Shown here in pieces: positions 42,876 to 55,034 of a DNA stretch of 59,637 bases; within the stretch, counting starts at the first letter, position 1; each line of letters starts with the position of its first letter. A program made the translations under genes and the position numbers. The stretch spans positions 1 through 59,637 of the forward strand of contig QPMI01000112.1 of assembly GCA_004431415.1 (NCBI GenBank). The letters run 5' to 3'. Below the pieces are notes generated by a model, which made no database searches, had not been told where the DNA came from, and saw nothing but the letters and a program-made list of their open reading frames with translations. The DNA is from Cyanophora paradoxa CCMP329 (taxonomy: Eukaryota > Plantae > Glaucophyta).

Positions 42876-45800
42876 CTATTTTTTGCTGCTGTTGCATCCT
42901 TGATGAGCCAGCTTGCAGTTCGACTTGATGTGAGCCTCTTTATTATTAATCCTATCAACAGTAAGCCTGTACCTTAGATCCTTTGCCTGAAGGGAAAGGG
43001 GTTCGGTACACAGAGAGCAGATTCGCTTCTGCTCCTTGAGCTGCTCAATGATCCACTCGGGTGTAATATAATCATCATCATTATAATCTCGACCCGCTTT
43101 CTGATCCTGGCACTTGTAAGCCCGAACCTTGGCCTTCAGATGCTCGAAGATCTCGGATTTAGCCTCGAACTTGTGGAGCTTGGTGTAAATGAGAATCTCG
43201 CTCAAATCTCGGTTGCGAGTCAGAGCAGTCCAGAACCACTCAGGAGTAACATGGCAGAACGAGGCCTCACAAACGACAATGCCCGAATCGTAGGTGAGTC
43301 CTTGAACACTGTGGCATGTTCCAGCATAGGGTAGGTTGAACTTTTCCAACAGAGCAGTGGGGAGAGAGAACTGGGTCCCATCAAACACATCCTCCAAAGT
43401 GACCTGGTTCCGATTGATATCGACTATGGTATAACTGTAATTAGTGAAAGCCGCTACTTTCTCATCTTTTTTACCTCGGGTCACACAGATATATTCACGA
43501 CAAACGATTTCGATTCCTTTGAAAAAATTGATTCCGTTCACAAGGATCCCCTCGGTTTCGGGGTATATACGTTTATGCATGGTTCGGTTGTACAGGTAAG
43601 CCATCTCGTTTCTATAGCATATAGCCCTGTAGGAATCAGGAATTTCGTTTAGATCAGTTGCAGTTCTGAATCCGTATTTATTTACTATTTCTGTAGGAGC
43701 AAGTCCGTTCTCAAAGAGATCGACCTTGATTGCTTTCAGCTTCTCTCGATCCTCAGGCTTGCGATGCCTCTTGTTGATCATCAGCTGCAGTGTGTTGGGG
43801 AAGATGCTTGAGATAGCATCGCTGTAATATTGTTTGGGGTCAGCCACAGCAAGAGCATCATTTATGGGAGCGTTTTGGTGGGGGTCTCCATTGCAGTAGA
43901 ATTTCTTATCCGAATACTTGTTTATGAATTTTTTGATCTTTGCAAGGTCCTTTACTTTATAGGCATAGACCTCATCGAATACTACATGGGAAAAGCCTTC
44001 CATAAACTCATTGACCTGTGAAGCCGATAGGGCCTCTTCACAGGTTTGCTCATTTGAGACTCGCAGACCCAGAACACTGTACAGGGTGGCCACCTCAATG
44101 CGGCTTGCAGCTTCGGGCTTCCCAATCTGATGCCATTTCTTTCAGAGAGCATCGGAACTCGGCCGCTTGTTTGTTGTAGGGGCAAACTATGAGTCCGTTG
44201 ATGTCATTTTTTAGCAGGTAGACCATCAATCCGGTCGACTTTCCGGCTCCTGGAAGCATTCCAAGGGTATTGACATGATTGAACTCATTGTAAACCTTGG
44301 TATAAGCGTCCGAATCAAATTCGTTTCGAAGGCAGAAGGAATTGATATTCGAAAGGGGATCCTCAATTTTAATAGGCTTCGGGAGGGTCCGAATGCGAAT
44401 GGGGTTCATTGGGGCTTCTTGTTCGGAATATAGGAGAAGCGACCAATGTTGGCAAAGCTATTACGATCAAAGGGCTTTGAGCTATACCTTCCTTTGATAT
44501 ACAGGCAATCAGTGTGGATTCCCACGACCTCGTAACCTTTGCTTTTGAGTTCCTTGTACTTGTCATACATTTCGCTGCGAACTCGATCGTACATTGCGAA
44601 CTGGATCGGAAGGAACCCGTTAATGAGATCCTTTTGAGAATCAGTTCTCACATAATAGATGTGGCCATCGAAATCCGAAAGGTTCTTGACCAGAGTATCA
44701 GTTTTCGCACCAAAGGTGAATACTTCCACCATTCCGCCCACCTGCTGGGCATAGATATCAGCCTCGGACTTTTTGCAGAACAACCTGGTCTTGGATCGCT
44801 TATCGAGTCGCTTTCCTAGCAGACCAATCACTTCTACGAGAGTAGCCTTTTTCTCGCGAGGATTCAGGTCGCTTGACATTATTTTCTGGATCAGCCTTTT
44901 TGAGGGGTTGCTTACGAAAAATGATGGGCGGTTGTAGCCTGTAATAGTCACGAGATCCTTGATGTCCTCCCAGTGACGCTTCAGAGTGTACCCTGTGATC
45001 AAGTTCGAGTAGGATGCAGCCTTATAACGATCGAGCAGGATCTGAATTCCTGGATCGCAGATGCGGGATTTGTATCCTACTGGCTCATCATCAATATCCT
45101 CTTCGTATGTATCCACTCCTTGCATGTAGGTTCCAGTATCGAACTGCTGCACATCAATCACATAGAAGGTATCCTCCTCGATTGGGTGACCATCATAGGG
45201 GCGGATACCATCGAAAATATTGAATACTGGAAGCTTCTCGATCTTGCTAATAACAGCTGGGTAGCATTTGCACATATCCACTGCAGTGTATTTAGTTCCT
45301 GGCTTCGGCTTAATGAAATAGCCATTCAGAGCAGAGCGATTGTAATTAATAAGGGCTGTTCGGAAGCCCTCCTCGTACTGTGAAATTGTGTCGGTGTTAA
45401 TCAGGGCTTCCTTGAATTCTTGACGAATGGATTGGACCTTTTTGTAGTAAGCCTCAGTCTCGAACTCACACTGTACCATGTGATCAGAAACCGAGGGATT
45501 AAATACGGAAAAGAATATTCCACTCGCTTTGAAGATCAGGGTTTTGATCTGTCCCCCTTTCATTCCGAGCTTTGGTTCGTATTGAAGGCGATCCAAGAAA
45601 GTGAACAGAAGCTCATCCATGGACCCAGTGTAAACGATTCGGACTGTAGCTTTCTCCTTATCAGCTTTCAATCCCATGGTCGCAATCTTGAGCAGATCAG
45701 CAGGTGTGTGGGCGAACATATCGTATTGTTTGGTCTCTGTGATTTGATAGGATGAGTTCAGCGAAGCTTCGGTTGGGTTTTCGGTTTCCAGGTCCATTTT

Positions 45801-47009
45801 CTTGAAATTCTTCTCGAGGGCTTTGATGTTATCGTTGTAGCAGTAAACGTGGTTATTGTGTACCATGAAATTCATGCATTGCGGATGCAGATCCTTATTA
45901 ACGGGCATCTCTCCCTGTGGGTATCTGTACTTGAGCTTGTTATCCTCCGAATAAACACGGAATCCCAGCCTGCAACGATCCGCGAATTTTCGGAGCTGCC
46001 TCAGAGTGAGGGACATAGAGGCTCCTCAGTATATTCCTTTCCGTGGAAAAATCGATACAGACCCTCGTAGGTCATCTCAATGTCCTTGTACTTCCTGTTT
46101 CTGTGACAAGCTTCCATTGAACGAGAGTACAATGAGATCAGCATATCGTAGACACAGGCATTCGATTTTCCGGAAGCAGGCTTGATGATTAATTCCTCGA
46201 TCGATTTCGCCTCGGGATTGAGATCGTAATTAATGTACTGGCTCACAGCTGCGGTACATCGCATCGATTCTTCGAGTTCCTCATCGAGAAATTCTTCTTG
46301 AACGGCTTCCTGGGCTTCCTCCTCAGCCTGAGCCTCCACCAGAACGATTTCGTGAATTTCCGCAAATAATCGTACCAATGCTGAATTTCGCTTGCAAGTC
46401 GATCAGCCCTAAATACGGTCTCAACAACATACAGGAAATCAGCGACCATATAGTGTCTCTGGTTCAGCACGAACCTTGTAACGAAACCATCACGGGCAAT
46501 TTGTCGCAGCATCCTTACCGGAATTGTGATCGAAGCCCTTTTTAGGGGTCGGTACATGCGACCTTCAAAGCGGAGTGGCTGATCCCTCGCACGACCAGTG
46601 GGTTCAGCATTAATTTCGGCCCAGAGCTTGAAAGTGACCGGACAACAGCATCGTCGGGAAACTGGGCAATCTGCCGGAAAATTGATTCAGCTGCCTGTTC
46701 TCTCGGGTCTCGGAGGTTCAGCCTCAATGGCCCCAATGCGACCGACCTCTCGATCAAATGCAGCCTGGCGAACCCCAGCAGCGATTGCAGGGTATATCCC
46801 TTTGCAGGTCGCTCTGTATCGAAAATTGACTGAATGTTCTTGAGGTACAGCTCGAGCATGGTTTCGGGAACCTTGGAAGTTCCTGAGAATTTGCGCAATA
46901 ATGCATCAGCGGTTCTCTTGGTGAGCAGGCTCCGCTGGATACCGAGGTTAATCAATTCGACCGCTTTCGCTTTCAAGGTTTTTCTTCTCTTGTAACTTGC
47001 GCGAGGCAT
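42876..47009 (-). CDS. PolB-like domain fused to superfamily 1 helicase and C-terminal HNH-like domain (several frameshifts)
   Basis: Colinear ORFs 46542..47009, 46243..46557, 46001..46378, 44406..46016, 44095..44409 and 42876..44093. Pol-like AVDMCKCYP, KKATLVEVIGLLGK, GIHTDCL; helicase GMLPGAGKS, VVFDEV, GDPHQNAP, TCHSVQGLT, WTALTR; tail CSLC...TVDRINNKEAHIKSNC...CN. Confidence 0.8.
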
Positions 47010-47086
47010 TGTTTACTTTATGCCAAGAAAATATTTTTGCCAGATAGGGTAAATTCCCCTTTCGTTAATTAACCTATGTGGCTTTT

Positions 47087-47102
47087 CCTTAAGTCATTTT
47101 TT
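47087..47102 (-). promoter_or_regulatory. Putative promoter motif AAAAAATGACTTAAGG upstream of the Pol-helicase gene
   Basis: Identical 16-mer at 47650..47665; variant at 19612..19623. Confidence 0.5.
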
Positions 47103-47200
47103 GGTCCCCACGGGACAAATCAAATTTTCTCCCCACGATACAAAACCGATTAATCGGTCCTGTACATAAAAAATATACATATCGGTCTGTCTCTCACGAT

Positions 47201-47596
47201 TCATTGCGATTCCTTGTTGTACTTGCGGGGTCTTCCGGTTTTCGAAGGGATTGCTGGCTCTGCTTTCTCAGGAGCTACTCCCGCTGCAATAGCGGCCAAC
47301 TTCTCTGCATGCTTTCTGTGGTAGTATGCCAGCGATTGGGCCTTCTTTTTCTCTCTGAACTCCGCATCGATTTCGTATTTTTGCTGTTTCTGGACCGCCA
47401 TTTTCTCGAGGTATTTATCCTTTGATCTCTCGTATCTTGCTCTGCGATCCGCCAGCTCTTTGGCTCTGAACTCGGGATCACTGTGGTACCGCTCGCGGTA
47501 TTTCTGGTTTCTCGCTTCTTTCTGCTCTGGGGTCAATTGGTAGCGCTTCTTGGGCTTAACTTCAGCGGTCGCTGGGGCTTTCTCTGAATCCGACAT
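47201..47596 (-). CDS. Basic, probably DNA-binding protein with C-terminal AT-hook-like GRPRK
   Basis: Intact 131-aa ORF; counterpart of 13817..14095. Confidence 0.6.
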   Translation of the reverse strand: MSDSEKAPATAEVKPKKRYQLTPEQKEARNQKYRERYHSDPEFRAKELADRRARYERSKDKYLEKMAVQKQQKYEIDAEFREKKKAQSLAYYHRKHAEKLAAIAAGVAPEKAEPAIPSKTGRPRKYNKESQ

Positions 47597-47649
47597 TCTC
47601 TACTTAAGGGCTTAGAAAATTATTTTCTCTAATTTAAGTAGCGGATTAT

Positions 47650-47665
47650 CCTTAAGTCATTTTTT
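47650..47665 (-). promoter_or_regulatory. Putative promoter motif AAAAAATGACTTAAGG upstream of the basic-protein gene
   Basis: Identical to 47087..47102. Confidence 0.5.
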
Positions 47666-48559
47666 GTGATGGATCGACCGGCAATCAAGACTGCTTTAGA
47701 GCGCTACTACAAGGTCCCTATAGAGGATCTAGATTTATTTCAGTACTACCAGCTAAATGCACCGCAAAAAGGCATATTCTTTAAACTCTACTCAATGAAA
47801 AAGGCATTCAGCGAGGAAATAACACTTTCACTACTGGAAACTACCTAAAGAGGGATTGGGGAATTAGGGAGGAGGGGCTTAGGGTGGTTCACGTATTTTG
47901 CTTTGCTGATTGCCTGGTAATCTACAAGTTCTCGCCAGTTGTGAATTTAGTAAAATCAATCATCGTGAAAGACCAGGTTCGGTTTGTTGTTCCAAAGGAA
48001 TTGACCAAGCGGATTCCCTTCAAACTGAGACCGGACCTGCTCCAGATCTCCTTCAATCGACCTCCGCCTCACAGGCTCCAGAGAGTTCCTGCGAGAATTC
48101 GGTTCGCTGTTCACACCAACACTCACTTCAACATCACAGCAGCCTGCTGGCAGTGACCCGCAGATGAAACGTAAACATCTCTATTATTCCAGAGATGCAA
48201 TCCATTTGCTAACGTATGCATATAAATTATTTAGTCATGTAGAGTAAATGAGACTGCTGCTGGCTCGTTTGTTCCCATACGAGCTGGTGGATCTCATCAT
48301 ACTTTTCACAGAGCCAACCTGCCCATTCTGCAAAGGTGTCCACATTAAAACTCGATCGAAATACGGACGGTTAAATTATGCCTTGCTGACATTCACAGGC
48401 ATTAGCGAACAATTCGCTTTCCACCAAGCATCGATGCATAATTGGGTGGGGCTGTCGGAACGATGTGGGTGTACTGCGGGGCAACATTTTGCTGGCGAGT
48501 TGCAGCCTGTGTATCTGTCTTATCCTCCTTTTAATTTCTTCAACATCGACCTTTGATTT

Positions 48560-49079
48560 CAATCCGAGTTTCGAAATTTCCTTTTAACCAAATTTTTCAT
48601 AGATTTTCGCTCCTCGTAGTTTTGAACCCACTTTTCGTAGTTTGCTACTTTCATTTCAAGGTTTCGTACTTTTTCCTCAAAATTCATAACAACCTCCGAA
48701 GGTACTGTGTGTTTTTGATAGGGACCTCGTTTCTTGAGTTCCGATTCAGCAACCTGGGGGACATCTTTGGTTTTCTGCTGGTGGCAGTGACCTGGGCTTT
48801 GATGACCTTGTCTGTGTTTGCATCAGGGGTTCCACCGGCAATCTGGGATTTGGCTTCGGTCATATCTTCCACCTGTCGTTTACCACTGTCTGTGTTTCCT
48901 TTGTTGGAAACTGCGTCAGCAATAATGGCCTCTTCCTTGGCTACAACATCTGGGTTGGTATCGATAAGGTACTCGGCATCTCATTGCCACCACCAGAGGT
49001 GAGACGGATTCTTGCTGGGCTTGATTGGGATTGCCAGAGGCAAAAGCTTGAACGGTTTGGGCTTCTTGCGATAAACCAT
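48560..49079 (-). pseudogene. Frameshifted hypothetical gene, positional counterpart of 12194..12826
   Basis: Starts MVYRKKPKP right after the ATPase; includes fragment 48684..48872; end approximate. Confidence 0.35.
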
Positions 49080-49081
49080 CT

Positions 49082-49933
49082 TTACCTTCGTTTAACTTTT
49101 AGCAACATTTTCTTTTTGTTTGGCGAAATTTGGGAAAGATTCGGAATACCTTCAAGCTCTTGTTCAAATTTCGACAAAGTTTTGCAAATTGTTTTTGAAT
49201 CCTTGCAAGTTGGTTCTTTTTGGGCTTCACCCTCTTTTGCCTTGCGTTTCTTTTCCTCATACAATTGCACCCCTTGTGGAACTCGGAAATTGAAGTCCCT
49301 CACCAGTGTTGCTTTATCTACATACATGGATGTATCATACCCAGCGGAAGAAACCACAAGGTACTGATAAGAATGCACATACTCCTTGAAAAGCTTGAAG
49401 AAATCATCTTTGGGACCTGTGTTATATTCTTCCTCGATTGCGAGCAGCTCCAAGCGATTGCTGGCATTGAGAATGCAAGTGTACTCAGTGTTCACTCGAA
49501 TTGTACTGGAAAGCTTTCGCATTTTTTGGGTAATAACCATGATGCTTATATGGGAATGGCGACCCTCGTGTACAGGGATGCAATCATTTTATCTTTATGG
49601 AGATCCACATGCTCATTGTCGATCAAATCATCCAAACAATTAATAACTCATTCACTTTTCCGCCTGCAGCAATCTTTTGCTGCTTGCATCCAGCAGCTTG
49701 CGTATGAAAACGGGATCCCAGCCATCGAGTACCATTGGGGTGACTGGATTCCAGAAATTATTGAACTTTGTACCAGTCACCACAATTACGGCATCGATCT
49801 TTTTTGCATCGTGAAGCTGTTTAATCCAGTACAGACAAGCTTCTGATTTACCAGTGTTGGAGCGCCCAATGAAGATTGCCCTGAAAGGGGGTTCTATCAT
49901 GGAGAAGGCATCAAACTCTTCTAGTTCGGACAT
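49082..49933 (-). CDS. A32-like packaging ATPase (frameshifted)
   Basis: IFIGRSNTGKS Walker A (49652..49933); VITQK...IRVNTEY...YQYLVV...YDTSMYVDKA (49082..49540) aligns with the element-1 ATPase. Confidence 0.85.
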
Positions 49934-49983
49934 GTTTTCACTATAAAAACGAGAGAAAAATAAGACTGACTCTGGTCATCAGT

Positions 49984-51301
49984 TTAAGCACTGACGCGAC
50001 GAATACCATCGGCTCCAACAATGAGGATATTGTGAGCGAGAGCCATGCATTGGAGGTACATTTTTTGATAGCTTCCGCTGCGTACCATTCGGTGTTACCA
50101 GGATCACCTGCGGCAGTAATTGCATTGAATCCAAACACAATATCAAAGGCTGATGTTCCTGTGGCATCAACATAGCCTGTTTGCTCCTGGTTAAGGAGGG
50201 CAGCTTTGCCATTGCCAGCACCGAAGAAGATACCTGAAAGAGCAGGAAAAGCCAAGTCATCAGCAGAGAGAGCAGCGCATATTATCTTGGAGTTCCGATG
50301 AAGCGACCAAAAGAGGTAGTTCAGTGTTGGAGTAGAGGCGATTGTTGTTCAGCTCAACATAGAAATTGACAGCATTGGTACGAAGCGCAGTTGGACGAAG
50401 GACTGATGCAGATCCATTATTAGTTCGCACTTTAGCGAGTTGTCGAACTGAGAATGCAAGAGTGTGGATTAAACCAGCGCCTGTAAGCTGAGAAAGGTTG
50501 ACACGAGCGCCAGAGGCAGTAGGGGTGAAATCAGTGTGAAGGAAGCCAATCTCATTATAGGGGATGGCAATGCAGTGGATTTGACTCTGGCAATTGTTTC
50601 AGATACAACCGCTTCATCAGCATTGACAACCTTGCAGACAAGTCTGGGCTTGAGGACTTTGAGAGAGCTTCCAGCAATTGCAATGTCTGTTTTGCCATCT
50701 GTGTCTTCAATAATACCATCAGTTACATTCTTGAACTCAATTTCAACAACTATCTCAGAGTTCATAGCGCAAAGTGGGAACATAGCCTTCTCAAAGGGTG
50801 AAGGCAGATCGATCTCATAGGTTCCACCGTTTGATTGCCATGATAGTTAGTTCCTACTACTCCACCAACATAACGAAGGCGTCTGTCTAAATCACCAGTC
50901 TCGGTTGTGAGAAGGAAATATTGGGTGACGAAATCCTCTGGACAACATAGCGGAAAGCACCATGGGAAATCTCCATGCGCTTGATGAGCGAACCGATTAC
51001 ACGGAGGTAACCAGTAGAGGCAGCAGCATTGCCTCCTGAAAGGTTGCTTTCACCGAACACCATTGGGTTCAGATCGAGTTGAAGGGCTATGCCATTGAGG
51101 AAATGGTAGCGAGGGATCTTGAAAACGACTCGGTTGCCAAGGGCATTGGAAGGCTCGGTATCTGGAGCAACCTGGACTCGAAGGGGCTTGGTTCCTGAAG
51201 AGGTACCGATGACAAGGGATTTGTTTAGGAAGAAATCCTTGTAATCATCGTTGTAAGCATAGACTTGAGGGTTGGCGCTGGAATTGCGAATTTGTTTCCA
51301 T
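49984..51301 (-). CDS. Major capsid protein (frameshifted)
   Basis: DFFLNKSLVIGTSSGTKPLRVQVAP...LGNRVVFKIPRYHFLNGIALQL aligns with element-1 DFFMNNELMLGLTSQTKPVRVVV...FGKRVTYFLPRYNFLQGLELQ; QTGYVD vs QTGFVD; ends ADGIRRVSA* vs AAGLRKVNL*. Confidence 0.75.
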
Positions 51302-51367
51302 GGTGGAAGTGAGCGGGTTAGTCTCTACTTTTCGCAGTAGAAAATAATTTAGCGAATCAATAGAAAT

Positions 51368-52258
51368 TCATTTGCGGAGGGCATCGTAGGTTTCGATTTC
51401 GAAGGTGAAATAATGCTGCCAGGCTCCAAAATCGAGAAGCTTCCCATCGTGATCAATAAGTTTGATTGTCAAGCGATCAAACGACTTTAATTCTCTAAAT
51501 TCTCGACAAGGGGACAGTAACTGATGTATCGAAATGGTAAATTGATCCATGCTCAAGCTCTTGAGGATCGGGATTCTCATGAAGTAGCCATCCACATATT
51601 TATTAACTGACCGGATAAATGGAGCAAATTCATCGATGTAGAGCCAGAGCATGGATTCTGGTGTTTCATCTCCACTGGTGAAGCTCGAATGCGTCTATTC
51701 AGTGTGATGCCACCAGAGACTAAGAATGTATCCGAGGCAGGAGAGTAAACAGTTCACCGGAATAGGCAATGATCGATTTAAAACCAAAGAACTGGAGTTT
51801 TCGATTTACAGTGGACCTGAATCGGGATTGCTTGAGAGAATCAGCTGAAGCAAGTGTGAATCGGAACCAGAAATTAGCATTACTGAAAATTCATAGCATT
51901 TTACAGTATGATTGTACCGGCATTTTATATAGATGCCTCCAAAACTTGAGACACGAGCGCCTCGAGTAGTTCTGTTATCTTCTCCGCCACAGAATCTTTG
52001 TGTAGTGGGCTTTGGGAATTGTTATGGTAATAAAGCCTGAATCAGCGGATGTGACCGAAAATAGATGTCCATTCGATTCACATCTGCTCCAGTTTTATCA
52101 ATATCTTTGGACACATTGGAAATGACATTGGGAACTGTTGCTGAACGAGCGAACCGATTTTACATTATCGTAACGCCTGGGTAAGGTAATTACATAGCTG
52201 TTCGGTTCTGTGTAATCGGGTCTCGCTCATCGCTAGAGAAGCTTAGATATTCTTTCAT
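51368..52258 (-). CDS. Minor capsid protein 2 homolog (frameshifted)
   Basis: MKEYLSFSSDERD N-terminus; C-terminal LTIKLIDHDGKLLDFGAWQHYFTFEIET; upstream of MCP as in element 1. Confidence 0.6.
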
Positions 52259-52274
52259 CTTACTATTATAAAGT

Positions 52275-53113
52275 ATGAAAAGAATCACGATAAATTGCGA
52301 CAGCAGGATCTCGAAGATGGGGTTCTGCATCTCAAAAATCGCATCAGCAATATAAGGAAATTCGAATCCTCTCAGCGGAAATCCCCAACAGCTGCTATGT
52401 TGTTCCACCGGACCAGAAACTCACAATCACTGCCCTTGGCAGCGATCAACCCTGAGCATTCCAGCCTTTCATTTTCTGGATCCTGTCCCAAGTATCAACG
52501 ATTATTATACTCTTAATTCTGAAGGGAGAAGGATTCCACTAGATATTTCGTTGGAACAGATTCTATTCTGGATTTAGTGGGGGCAACTTCAACCCGCTTG
52601 GAATTGAGGCATATAAAGTTCTCTTAGATGTAGGGATGAGTCGTCTTGTATTCACATCGCCAGCAATCAATTCACAATTCAAAGCTCAGATCGGGAACTC
52701 TGTGACTGTATTGGCATTGAACCAGATACTATCTACCAAAGCACAACCGAAGCAAGACAATAAATGTACCAGGAATTGAAGACCGATACCAACTGGTTTG
52801 CCCAAAATGATCGACTTTAATGCACTGGCTTACATTTACTTAGATGTAGAGGAGCTTAGACCATTTATGAAATTCAATGCAGCAACTAGCAGGCAAAATC
52901 TGCGGATGATTCCTATTTACTAAGGATCCAAATGAATTCCGATTTTGGTAAATATTCGTTTTACAGTGAGCCTAGCTCGAGTGTTCCTTCGTGAATGTCA
53001 CAACCCCTTTGGACCTAGATAAGCTCACAATCTCGCTCAGAAAATGGAGAGGGGACATTGCGGATCTAAATGGACTCTCTTACTCATTCCAGCTGGAGCT
53101 GCTCATTGATTAA
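52275..53113 (+). CDS. Minor capsid protein 1 homolog (frameshifted)
   Basis: MKRITINCDSR start; ...EDGVLHLKNRISNIRK; YLDVEELRPF (element 1 FLVCEELRPF); ends DLNGLSYSFQLELLID*. Its stop overlaps the patatin stop, as in element 1. Confidence 0.6.
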
Positions 53114-54566
53114 GCGTAATAGCCCTCGAAATCAATTCTGCATGCAGAGGCTCCCTCTGTGGTGAGGGGCCAAACAAGCAGGGTTCGAATGGCCTTGGGA
53201 TTTGCGAGAACATGCTCGTTTCACCAGCAGTATTTGTAAACACTCTCGTTGAGCACCTTCAGTGTAGGGAGATAAAGATGATACACCAGGAGTGGCTTGA
53301 TAATCGATCTCAAACGTTTTAATATAGTTGCCATTGGCAGCAGGTTTCATTTTTATAGAGGAAAGCATGAATAAACGAGGGAAATCGATTCGAAGGAAAT
53401 TCCCTCCTGATCTTGTTCCCTGTGGGGGATTTGGAATCCTACCCAGCCTGTAGCATTGGACCAACGAGCATTCGAAGCAGTTCCAAAATCAGCGGAAAAA
53501 GCACTGTCTCCAAAGGAACCCAATTGGACTCTGGAGGGCTGCAGATCGGTACAGCCACTGAGATTCTGAATGGGAACATCCCCTTCTGTCATGTTCATGG
53601 TCAGAATGGAATACATAGCATTGAAATAAGTTTGCTGGGCCGAAACAAAGCTGAGAGCTTCGTTTTCAAGAATTGAAGGTGGCTCGTGGTAATATTATCG
53701 AGACCATCTTGTTTTGGGGCAGAGGAACACTCAGCTTATAATAGCGATCGTAGTTCTGATCATCGTTTCTGGGTAGTAATTCCAGCAGCTTTTCGTGGGC
53801 ATTCAGATCGCTCGATTCCAGCAGCATGCTCAAAATGGGAGATCCACTTGCACTAGGATCCACTGAACAACCCCCAGGTCTTCATAGTATCATAGGAATA
53901 ACCGGCAGAGGCTTTGTCCAAGTCCTGAATGTGACCAGCAGTCACAGAGACAACTATGAATTCCTCCTCACACGAATTCCCATACAGTTTCCTTGCAAAT
54001 GTGTAGCCACAGACACGGGAGAATTATTTCCGCTCATGCAGCCATCGATTAAACAGTATGTTCTCCAGCGACTGTGACCTGTTTGGTTCGAAATAGGTTG
54101 GGGCAGCCGAAGTAGCCCTTGCAGCATCTCGAACCAGCATTCCATTGATCCCCTCATCGTTGCTGGTAATAAATACCGGAGACATCAGAACTGTATCAAA
54201 TGCAGTCACCACAGTCGGTTTGTATAAATCAGCCATTGTTGCGGATCCGCAAAGTTCCAGGCAACAGCTCCAGATTGGTGGCTTCATATTTGGGTCTCTG
54301 CACATTGACGAGAGAACTCTCGGGTTTGCAAATATCTGCGGAAGCTTCGACTTATAGAGAGCCAGAATATCGGTGGCAGTGTATTTCGGACTGCCATCAG
54401 GGGCTTTGATATTTAATAGAAGCGCAATTAATCCACTGTGGATGTTCCCGCAAAAACATCGAACAGCTGCTGGATTCGTTTTCCTGTTTGAGCTTCAATC
54501 TGGGCAGTATGGCAGCCTCATAATTCCTCGAGAACCCCCACCACTCAATGCCAGGATGCTTTTCAT
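53110..54566 (-). CDS. Patatin-like phospholipase (frameshifted)
   Basis: MKSILALSGGGSRGI, VFAGTST, VTAFDTV...RDAARATSAAPTYF, LIDG..GNNSP, C-terminal LRIDFPRLF...IDFEGY. Confidence 0.85.
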
Positions 54567-54604
54567 TTACCATACATTACAAAATTTTCCCTGTCATTAT
54601 AATA

Positions 54605-55017
54605 ATGGATCTGAATTGCTTAAAATATCAAGGCTACCACGTTTTTCTGGATTATATCACCGACCCAGTCAAGGAGACCCCAGAGGAGTTTGCGGAATGG
54701 GTCACCTTGCATTGGATCTTGCCATTAAGACGAATGGGATTCGTATAGTCCACAAGAAATCCTGTGTGTTCGATGGATCGGTCAGCCCCCGGATTTGCGA
54801 TTGGCTTTTTGCTGGATGAATCGCATGTGACTGCTCACTCATACAGTGATCGGGTCTGCTGGCTCTGGACATATTTACCTGTGGAAAGGACGCCCAGCTG
54901 AAAACAATGGGAATAGCTCACGATATTGATGCCATTCTCAAAGAAAAATTAAACGTTCAAAAGTGGGACATGCAAGTAATGCAAAGGTTCCCCTACAAAG
55001 CTCCTTACAATAAATAA
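54605..55017 (+). CDS. S-adenosylmethionine decarboxylase (pyruvoyl, prokaryotic SpeD-type) homolog, frameshifted
   Basis: Reconstructed MDLNCLKYQGYHVFLDY...IRIVHKKSCVFDGSVSP.GFAIGFLLDESHVTAHSYSDR.LLALDIFTCGK...MQRFP; contains the ESH self-cleavage site and DIFTCG motif. Confidence 0.8.
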
Positions 55018-55034
55018 ACATAATATTATTAGAT

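Noticed and set aside
47666-48556. Plus-strand ORFs as a nuclease gene
   Set aside because: Probably real small viral genes, but no motif strong enough to name a product.
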